DNA from: a virus
Lineage: Duplodnaviria > Caudoviricetes
Virus record (IMG/VR): IMGVR_UViG_3300032320_002409
Location: 1 to 25,908 of that record
Strand: one strand, 5' to 3'
Length of the DNA stretch: 25,908 nt
Position 1 is the stretch's first letter; the number at the start of each line of letters is the position of its first letter. The position numbers were made by a program, and so were the translations under genes. Shown one piece after another: positions 5,282 to 17,200 of this stretch. Under the pieces are notes generated by a model. That model did not search any database. It was not told the origin of the DNA and worked only from the letters and a program-made list of their open reading frames with translations.

Positions 5282-8200
5282 ATGATAAAGAAGGAGTTTG
5301 ATTCAAGAGTTAAAATCTACGAAATCATTGAAAGTCAACTTCCAAGTTTTATTTTGGATGAAAATCCAAAAGCAGCTGAGTTTTTAAAACAATACTATAT
5401 TTCCCAAGAATATCAGGGTGGCCCAGTTGATATTGGTGAAAATTTAGACCAATATTCAAAAATCAATAATATTTTATCATCAGCAGTTTCAAATAGAAGC
5501 ATATATTTAACTTCTGATATTGGGACCGAAAATAAAATAACAATTAATGTAAATAGCACTGAGGGATTTCCACAAAAATACGGATTATTAAAAGTAGATA
5601 ATGAAATTATTACATATACAGGAATAACTACAAATTCTTTTCTGAATTGCCAACGTGGTTTTAGTGGAATTACAGATTATCATCAAGAAATAAATGAAGA
5701 AGAATTAGTATTCGAAACTTCTCAATCGTCTCCTCATAAATCATCAGCAATAGTTATTAACTTAAGTTCTTTATTTTTAAAAGAAGTATTCAAAAAAGTA
5801 AAATATACTTTTGCACCTGGTTTTGAAGAAATTGATTTTAATGAAAAACTTAATGCCGGAAACTTTATTAAGTCTATTAGATCATTTTACCAATCTAAGG
5901 GAACTGAAGAATCATTTAAAATTTTATTTAAAGTTTTATATGGAGTTAATCCAACCATAGTTAACTTAGAGAATTTTTTACTTAAACCATCTACGGCAGA
6001 ATATCTTAGAAGAGAAGTTGTTCTAATTGAAAGAATTTCTGGTGAACCAAATAATTTAGTAGGACAGCAGATTGAAAAAACCAATGATCCCGCAACTAAT
6101 GCATCAGTATCTAATGTTGAAATTTTAACTAGAAATTTTAAAACTTATTATAAATTATCACTATTTGTAGGGTATTCTATTCCTTCTGCAGTTGAAGGTA
6201 GTTTTAAAGTAACTCCAAATTCTAAATGCACTGAAGCAATCCCAGTAGGATCATCTATAATTTCAGTAGACTCTACGATTGGTTTTGACAAATCTGGAGT
6301 TCTTATTTCTGGAGAAAATACAAATATAACTTATACTCACAAATCTGTTAATCAATTTTTTGGTTGCTCTGGTATTGGGACTGCTATTCCTTTTGCATCA
6401 GATATACGTAACGATAAAATATATTTTGGATATGAAAATGGAGACAAAACAAAAAAAGTTACATTTAGTATTTTAGGATCTTTATCAAAATTTGAACAAA
6501 TTTCAGAAATTCTTAATGGTGTTGCAGAAGGTGATGCTATTAATATTAGAAGTCTTGGGAACCCAATTTCAAAAAGTAGGTTTTCAAATAATACTTTTAA
6601 AGAAGTTTTTGTAAATTCTTGGATATATAATGCAAACTCCAGATTTCATATTGATAATTTTAATGGACCTAAAACTTTAAACTTAAAATCAGCAATTTTA
6701 AAAGATGATCAAACTAGCTTTAAGCATGGTGATGAAGTAGAAATTGTCGAAAGGGGAACTAACAACATTCTTTTTACTTCACATATTGAAGAAAAAATAG
6801 GAGAAAATTCAAAATCGATTAAATTGTTGGGTAGTTTTATTCCAGTTGAAGGAGTATTGTATGATCTTAGACGCAAACTTAACAAAGCTAGTAGTTTATA
6901 TGCACCTATAAATGGGGGCAATAATGCAATAATATCTGATATCAGTAACTTATATACAAACACAAACGAAGCTTATGTTGCATCAAATTCCCTACCATCT
7001 AGCAATAGGGGATTGAATATTCCATATAATTACCAAATAACAAAAAAATTAGATAGTTTTACTATTAGTGATTCTAGTGGAGCTCTTGAATCTAAAATTG
7101 ATATTAATTATAGTGTAATTGCTTTTGAGAATCCAATTACATTTATTACTGGAGATAGAATATATTATCAACCAACTGCAGATGCTCTTATTGGATTAGA
7201 TCCTGGGTATTATTTTGTCGAAATAATTTCTCAAGATGCTAAAAAAATAAGATTGTATGCATCTTCATCATTTATAGGTACTTCAAGTTATGTACTTTTT
7301 AGATCACCATATAATTCGGGACTAGGAACACATAAATTTACACTTGCATCTCAAAAATCTGGTTTAATTGGTCCGCAAAATTTATTAAAAAAATTCCCAC
7401 TTGAGATTAATTCAAGTATTACTAATGATAGTAGTAAAGTAATTTTACCAGGTCCAATTGGTTTATTGGTAAATGGTGTAGAAATTGATAGTTATAAATC
7501 TCGGGATAAAATTTATTATGGACCACTAAAATCAGTTTCGGTTCTCAATAATGGTAGAGATTATGATGTTATAAACTTACCTAATATTTCAGTCTCTGGT
7601 GGAATTGGAATAACGGCTCTTATTCAACCTGTTATTACTGGTTCGATTAAAAAAGTATATGTTGAACCTCAAGATTTCGATATTGATAGAATCGTTTCTA
7701 TTGGAGTTAATGGTGGTAACGGTCGTGGTGCAGTTTTAGAACCTATTTTAAATTTAAGAGTTAGAGAGGTTCTTTTTGATGGTAGAGCAACTACTGTCGG
7801 TGGAGGAATCAATACCACTACAGGTCAATTAACGTTTGATACAGATCATTTTTTTGCAGATGGTGAGGAAATTTTTTATAATGCAAATGGTAATGAGGGT
7901 ATTGGTGTTGGAATAGGCACTTCTACTTTAATTGATAGTTCATCATACTATCCAAAGAGTACAAGTCCCAGAACAGTCTTACTATATCCATCTTCAAAAG
8001 ATTATTCTGCTGGAATCAATACAATAAAATTTAACACCGATAATAATGCTGGTGTACATAAATTTAATACAAAATCAAATAAAAAAACTTTAACAGAAAT
8101 AAAAATAATAGATGGTGGAGAAGGATACACTAATAGAAAATTAATTGTAAAACAATCTGGAATATCCACTTCAAATAGTACAATTAATTTTCCAAATCAT

Positions 8201-11200
8201 GGATTTAGTGATGGTGATTTGATAATTTACAATTATCAAACTAGTCCTATAATTGGCATATCTACAGATCCATCTAATAAATTTTATATATTAAAACTCG
8301 ATGATGATTCTTTTAGACTTTGTGATGCTGGTTCCAATGAACCATTAGTATCAAATTATGAAAGAAAGAACTATATTAAATTTAAATCAACAGGAACCGG
8401 TTATCAGTATTTTAGTTACCCACCAATCTTAGTTTCAGTTGAATTTACATCTGTTGGAATCGCATCAACCGTCCAACCATCTAAAATTTTGTCAATAACT
8501 CCATCAGTTAGAGGTAAAATTGTAGATGCATATTTGTATGAATCTGGTACTGGTTATGGTGCTACTGTTTTAAATTTTGAGAAAAAACCAATTATAACCA
8601 TTAAAAATGGAAAAGATGCAAAAGTAACACCCAATATTAGTGAAGGAAGAATTAATACGGTTAGATTAGAATATGGTGGTTTAGAATATTATTCAACTCC
8701 AGATATTATAGTAACTGATCCAACTGGTAAAGGAAGTGGAGCTGAATTTTTACCAATTATAGAAAATAATAGATTAAAATCTGTTAAAGTTATAAATTCT
8801 GGTATCGGTTATTCATCAACTAGTAAAATTTCTATTATTTCTGCAGGTTCTAATGCTGTATTTGATTCAGAAGTTAGATCATTAACTTTAAATAACGTAG
8901 GAAGATATGGTAATGAATATGTTGTTGAAACTTTAGAAACGGATTTAAAATATAGCTCTATAGCATATTCTGAACAATTACAAAATTCTTTTGATGATAA
9001 TGGCGAAAATCATTCCAATATTATTGGATGGGCTTATGATGGCAATCCAATTTATGGTGCTTATGGATATACAAATCCTCAAGATGTAAATTCGCAACCA
9101 AAATCTCTCGTTTCTGGTTATGTATTGGATACTTCTTATGCAGACAGACCTTCAAATTTTTCATCTGGATTCTTTGTCGAAGATTACAAATATACTGAAA
9201 ATGGAGATCTTGATCACAATAATGGAAGATTTTGCAAAACTCCAGAATTTCCCCTTGGCACATATGCATATTTTTCACCTATTAATAATATAAGTCTTCA
9301 ACCACAATTTCCATATTATATTGGAAATTCTTTTAAATCAAATGTTATAGAAGAAAATTTATATCTCAATCAAAATATATTTGATTTTTCAACATCTGGA
9401 GTTTTAAGAAATACTTATCCATATAAATTAACAGATCCAAATGTTGAGAGTGATTTTCTATCGAGTTTTGCAGATTTAAAAAATCAAATCGTCAAAGTTG
9501 AGTCAGTTTCTACTGGAAATATTGATTCTTATCAAATTATAAGTGATGGAGATAATTATAAAATTGATGATATACTTAGATTTAAATCTGATGATGGTGA
9601 TGATCTTTCTTCAAGAGTATCTTCATTGAAGGGTAAAGATATTAATAATATTGTATGCAATCAAGATGTCTATAATGATGTAATTCTCACTCAAATTAAT
9701 CCAGAAAAATTACAATTAACGATTTTACCAACACATGATCTACTTGATACTGAATTTATTTCATTAACTGGTTTTTCAACCATCTTTACAAAATTGGATG
9801 GTACTTATCAGATTGGAGTATCATCTATAACTACAACTTTAGCAAAAGATATACCTGCCGCAGCATCTATTGGTTCTACCGAAATTTATGTGTCTCAGAT
9901 ACCAACGGCAATTTCTATTGGAAGTAGCATTGGAATTGGAACAGAAGTTGCAAAAGTTTTAAATTTATATAAAATTAAAAATATAGTTACAATTTATAGA
10001 GATACTACAGGAGTTGCACATACTGCAAAAACTCAAATTTCACTTTTACCAAATTCTTTTACTATTGATAAAAATTTGGGTGATGAAGTTGATTCAAAAT
10101 TAAATGATAAAATTTATTTTAATCCAAAAGAATCTATAGGTGTTGGAACAGAATCTGGAAATGGAACCTCAGTATCATTTAATTTCGCAGATTTTACTGT
10201 ATCTAGAGACATACCAACAAGAACTATTTACTTAGAAAGTCACCCATTTATTACAAATCAAAAAATAAGATTTACCCCACCAGCTGGTACAATATCAGTT
10301 TCAACTGATGGTACAAATACTTTTGCAATTCCAATTAATGGTCAATATCAAGATTTTTATGTCGTTAATAAGACAATTAATAGTATAGGTATAAAAACAT
10401 CATTTAATTCTCCAGAATTATTCTTCCATTCAAATGGAAATAATGATGATCGATACTTATTAGAAAGTACATTCGATCAAATTACAGGTTCTTTAACAAG
10501 ATTTAGAACTGCAGTTTCTGTAGCAAGTTCTCATGGTTTAATTAATGGTGATATAATCAAATTAAATATAAAACCAAACATAGATGTTGGAATTGGTTTA
10601 ATACCACCAGGTCCTGTGGGATCTGGAGAATCTACATCTGTTAAAGTTACTTTCAATGAAAATTATCAAAAATTAGTTCTTGATCCAGTTGGTTTTGGTT
10701 CTACATCTATAACCGTTTCTAATTTTTATTACACGAAACCAACTCAGCAACCATCAATTGGCATATTTGTTGGTTTAGCATTTACGGTAGGTCTTGGTAT
10801 TACTGGCACAAGAAATGGACAAGATGTATATAATTTTATATGGGACAATTATAGTAAATTTGATCTTGATGGTGATGGTGTAGTTAGTTACAGTGATGCT
10901 GTAATAGCAACAAGAGAAATGACTAGTGTTGGATTTTCTGGAGATGCATTAATTAAAGATATAATTTTTCCAGGTAATGCAACAAGAAGAACAGCATCCT
11001 CTATAAGATCTTATATAAATTCTTTGACTTCCAATGTAGGAATAGGAAGTACAACCTATGATATTAATGGTAGTGGTATTGTTGATGCATCAATTGATGG
11101 GGAATTGTTGAAAAGATTTACTAATACAGATGGTTTAGGTAAATCTGGAACATACAATCCATCATCATTGAGAGGATCCATTAGACTTTCAAATCATAGA

Positions 11201-14200
11201 TTCAAAACAGGTGATAAAGTATTATATACCAGTAATGATAATGGATTATTGCAACCATTAGATGACGGAGAATATTACACTATTAAAGTTGATAAAGACA
11301 ATATTCAATTAGCATTAACATATAAAGATTGTACAGTTGATCCACCAAATACTGTCAGTATTGGTTTTAGTGGATCTGAGAGCCAATCAATTGGTATTAT
11401 TAATCCAGAAATTAAAATAACAAAGAATAATACACTTAATTTTGACCTTCTAGATCCTTCCCTTTCTGGTTATGATTTTAAAGTTTATTTTGACAAATCT
11501 TTTGAACATGAATTTATTTCAACAGGTTCTACTAGTACTTTTAGTCGTTATAAAATTGGAAATGCTGGAATTAGTACAATTGCAGCACTAAAAATCATTT
11601 ATGATCAGCATGTACCTCAAAAATTATATTATGCTTTAGAAAAAGATGGAAAATTTGTAAGTCCAGATTTTGATGTTCAACAAAATTCATTAATTTCTTA
11701 TGAAGATAGTTTATTCATAGAAAATGAAGAATATACAGTTGTTGGTATAGCATCTACATCTTTTAATATTTTCTTAAAAAGACTTCCAGAAAGATTATCT
11801 TATGCAAGCACAGAGTGTCAAACTCTTGAGTATAATACATCATCAAAAACCGCTCAGGGACCTATTCACCAAATTGAAATAACTTCAAGTAAATCGGATT
11901 ATACTACTGTTCCTGTTTTACAAGAAATTGTAACAGATAATGGTATTGATGCCAACATAATTCTAAATTCAAAAGTTATTGGTGATATTAAAGAAGTTAG
12001 TATTATAAATGAAGGATTTTCATATCAATCGGATATTACTCTAAAACCATCTGCTTATATTTCTCCACAAATATTCATCAAAGATGCAAACACAATAAAG
12101 AGTATTTCTATTGCAAAAGGTGGATCTGGATATACTATTGCCCCAAATATCGTAATAGTTGATGTTTTAAATAGTGAAAAAATTGATACTGGAATTTTAG
12201 AAGCAAGATTATCTGGTAGTTCTGTTTCTTCTGTAGTGATAATTCAAAAACCAAAAGGTATTCCAGACACTGAGGTAAAGTTAGCAGCAACAAATAATAC
12301 AAATGGTTTTAGTATTCAAAAAATAGAAACATATTCTTCTGTAGTTTTTGATGTATATATTTCGCAACCAACAGATGGATTTGTAACAGCACCTTTTGCT
12401 CCAGGTGATGAAGTTTTTATCGAAGGAATTCAAAAAAATGATGCTATTGCTGGTGGTGGATTTAATTCAGAAAATTATGGTTATAACTTTTTTAAAGTTG
12501 TCGATTTTAACACTACTGGTTTGTTGGCAAGAGTAAGAGTAGATGCTTCAGCATTAACCGATGATATTGGCACTCCAAAAACTATACAAGATTTTGTTCC
12601 TTCTATAATTAATAGAAAAATTTATCCAGAATTTGATATAACAAAAGAAAAACTTGGTTTTGCTTTAAATGAAAAAATCTTTTCAAATGGAATAGAAAGA
12701 GACCTAAAGGTAACTTCTTTTAACAATTCATACATAAAGGTTTTTGGTTCATATGAATTGAGTGTAGATGAAAAAATTACAGGTAAACAAACTGGTACTA
12801 TAGTCACAGTTTCTGAAATTAGAGAAAATTATGGAAAATTTGAAATTGACTATGCAACCAAAACTAACACGGGATGGGCAAATGATATTGGAAAATTGAA
12901 TAATGATATACAAGTTATTTCAGATAATGATTATTATCAAAATTTATCATATACAATTAAAAGTCCAATAACATATGATGATTCTAAAACGGTTGTAAAT
13001 AACTTCTTACATACAATTGGTACGAAAAACTTTAGTGACACGGGTATAACTTCTACATCTAACTTTGTTTTTACCAGTGAAGATTCCACAACTACCATTA
13101 AAGATATTATTACAGATCAAAGAACAGAAACCATATATGGATTTGATCTTGTAAAAGATATAAATTCTTTTAATGGTTATTCTAAATTTTTACAATTTGA
13201 TAGTAAATTTTTATCACCTTATATTAGCAATAAAACCAATAGAGTTCTTAAGATTGATAACATTAACACTCAGTTTTCAAATTTAGAATCAAATATAAAT
13301 CCATATTTAGATATAATTAACCTATCAACATCAAATATTCAGTATCTTGATACTTTAGTAAGAATATCAACTACTGATGGTTCTAAAGTTCAATTAACCG
13401 ATTTGGTCATTGTTAATAACGATACTGATGCTTTCTTATTAGAGAAAGGAACAATTGTAACTGCTGGAATTGGATCTACTGAATATCCTGGAGAAAAAAT
13501 TGGTGATTTTTCATTAGAAACAAAAAATTCAGAAGTAAATTTAAGATTTACACCTGTTGATTTTGCAAATACTGATTATGACATTAAATTTATTCAAAAA
13601 TCTTTCCAAACAAATTCAATTGGTGTTGCATCAACTTCCATTGGGTTTATTACAAAATTCAATTCAATTAAAACTACTTCTGGTTTAACAACAACAGTTG
13701 GTCTTACAACCAATATTTTATCTGTAAATGCATCAGTGTTTAAATCTCTTCATGCATCTGTCCATATAACAGATATTGCAAGTAACAAAATGCAGTATTC
13801 GGAATTATATGTCACACACGACAATAGTGATACTTTTGTTTCTGAATTTTATTTTGATGATCTTGGATCGGATGAAAATGGATATACTGGTGGTTTTATT
13901 GGTTCTTTTGGAACAAATTTAAATTCAAATATTTTATCTCTAAATTTTGAAAATTTATATTCCCAAAATGGTGTTATAGTTAAAGCAAATATTGTTGGAT
14001 TTGGTACGACTACGATTGGTATTTCTACTTACAGATTTAAAACATCAGGAACTCCAAATGGTTCTGAAAGAAGTGCAGTTTATAACTCATATTCCACAGA
14101 TGCAGTATCCCCAAATCCATTAGTAGTATCTACATACAACTATACTTTATTTAATTCCAGCAAGTCTTTAGTAGAAGTTAGTATTGGATCAACAAAAGCA

Positions 14201-17200
14201 ATACATCAAGTACTAACAATTCATGATGGATCTTCCGTATATGTGAAGCAATTACCATTTTTATCTGTTAGTGGAATTTCAACAAGTGATAGTAGACTAG
14301 GATTAGGTACTTTTGGTGGAGAAATTTCTGGTAGTAATGTCATACTAAAATTTTATCCAGATAATAATTTAACAGGAACATTTAGATTATCAAGTTTTAA
14401 CAAATTATTGTATACTTTTGTCGATGCAATCAATATTGCACCACCATTAAATTATATAGATGAAACTAATTTAACATTTGCAAGAGACTCTGTAATTGTA
14501 AAATTCTATAATTCAGTCAATGGATTTAGAATTAATAGAAGAGATTTTGAAATGTTCTATAATGAACTACCAATTTTTGCAAGAGAATTTGATACAAGTG
14601 ATACAAATGATTTAGTTTTAAATACTGGAACTTTTACATCAGCAAAACATTTCTTTAATGAAAATGAAGAATTAATTTATACACCAAAATCTACAATTAT
14701 TGGTGTTGCAACATCCCCATTAGTTTACAAATCTGGAATTGCTACTGGTATTTTACCTCCAACAGTTTATATTGTTAATAAGGATGATGATACATTCCAA
14801 ATTTCAACTACAAAATCTGGAACAGCTGTTACTTTTACATCATCTGGTGGAGGAAATGCACATGTTTTTGAAATGAAGAAAAAGAATGAAAAATGCATAA
14901 TAACAATAGATGATGTAATTCAATATCCAATATTTCCTAAACAAATATATTACCAATTAACAAATAGCATTGGTGTTGCACAATCTACTTTCCAAATGAC
15001 TGGTATTAGTACCATTGTACCAAAAGATGTTTTAAAAATTAATGATGAGTATATGGGAGTTGTTAGTGTTGGATTTGGAACGACATCAATCGGACCTATA
15101 ATTGGTGTTGGAACTTTCCCATTAGTAACAGTAACAAGGGGTTATTTGGGAACAGCAGCAACTTCATATTCATCAAGTTCTCAAGTATCTGTCAATATTG
15201 GTGCATTCAATATTGTTCAAAATAAGCTTTATTTTACAGATCCACCTAGAGGAAATGTTCAAGAAATAAAAGATCAAAGTAATTTAGAATCAATTAAGTC
15301 CGATTTTACTGGAAGAGTATTCTTAAGAAACGATTATACTACAAATATCATTTATGATGATATATCATCTCAGTTTAATGGAATTGGCAGAACATTTACA
15401 TTAACTGTTGGCAGTGGAAATACCGTTGGTTTAGGGACAAGTGGTGGCAATGGTTTACTCCTAATTAATGGCATATTCCAAACTCCCACAACTTCAAATA
15501 ATCCAAAAAATAATTTTGCACTTCGAGAAAATGCAGGTATAACAAGTGTTGTATTTTCTGGTATTAGACCGGGGGGTGGTGCAGAAGTTGATATTGTTTC
15601 TGATTATGATATTAACCAAAATGATAGACCTAGAGGGGGTTTAATTGTTTCTATAGGTTCAACTCTTGGTATTGGATATGCTCCATTGGTTGGTGCAAGA
15701 GTAAAACCAATAGTCAGTGCAGCAGGAACAATTGCATCTGTTGTTGGTTCTTCTTATACTGGAAATTCAGTATCAGTAAGTACAGCAAGTTATAATAATT
15801 TCTCAGGAATTATTGAAATAACAACCACAGAACCACATAAATTATTAGAAAGTGATTTAGTGAGACTTGTTGGGTTAGGATTTACATGTCCATCTAATGT
15901 TGGAGTAGTTTCATTCTTCCCAAGATCTACAGCATCTAGACTTGATACATTTTTCCCAATTGTGAGTGTTGCATCTAGCACAGTATTTACTGCCAAAGTT
16001 GGTACAAGCACACTGCCCCATACCTACATTGGTTTTGGTACTGTATTTCCTTGGTATAATTTAAATATTGGTTCTGGTTATAGAGGGCCTGTTTCGGTTG
16101 CTATCACGCAATCTGGTCATAATGGTACAGTAGCTTCTATAACTGCAAATGTAGGTGCTGGTGGCACACTATCATTCACTGTTAATAGTGGTGGTAGTGG
16201 GTATAGTACAATAACCCCATGTAATGTCTCTATTCCCGATCCATCATATGCAAATTTACCAATAGAAGGTGTTTCTAGAATTGGTATTGGATCTACAACA
16301 ACAACAGGAGTTGGATTAGTATTAAGTTTAGACGTTGATAGCAATCCATACTATGCTGGTGGAAAATTCTATGACGCAGCCAATTTGATTTTCAGAAATC
16401 TCCAATTAATTGCTGATGTTGCAGTTGGGAGAATGTTAGCTGCATACCCAGGATTTACCATTCCCGGTGGTAATTCACAGTGTTCTGATGATATAAAAGC
16501 TGTTTTAGAAACAATCATTTATAATTTAAGATTTGGTGGAAATGATCGAGTATATGAAGCAGCAGATATTTATAGAACACAGCAAAGTCTATTATCTGGT
16601 GAAGAAGTGCAATCAATATATGCATTCAATGAGGCAAGAGATATTGCAATACAAGTTATGAGAAACGAAGTAGTTACTACTGGTGGGTATACTACTGAAG
16701 TTCAGATTATTGATAACACTGTTATTGGAGATGCATCAAATACTCCCGGTGAATATACCGTTGGAGATTGTGCTGATGTTGCTTCATCTATAGGATCTTT
16801 TGTAGGAATTGTAACCAATACAATTAATAATGTTATTATATCTGGTGCTGGTGCAACAATACCAGCAAATAAAACTGTTGCACCAGGTTCTTTATTCAGT
16901 GTTAAAAACTTTACAATTACAAGACCGGGTTATTCGTTTAGGAAGGGTGATGTAATTAGACCAGTTGGTTTAGTAACAGATGCAAGATTAAATACTCCAT
17001 TATCTAATTTTGAATTGACAGTATTAGATACATTTACAGATTCTTTTGCACTATGGCAGTTTGGTAATTTAGATTATATCGATTCTATTGCTGCATATCA
17101 AGATGGTTATAGACTCTCCTTTCCATTGTATTATAATGGTCAATTATTAAGTTTTGAAAAAGACAAGAATTTTGATCTTGACATGAAGAATCTACTTGTA

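Noticed and set aside
10724-16825. gp7 inserts as inteins, introns or homing endonucleases
   Set aside because: No intein splice-junction motifs (C/S start, HN-C/S/T end), no LAGLIDADG or HNH motifs, and the frame is uninterrupted.
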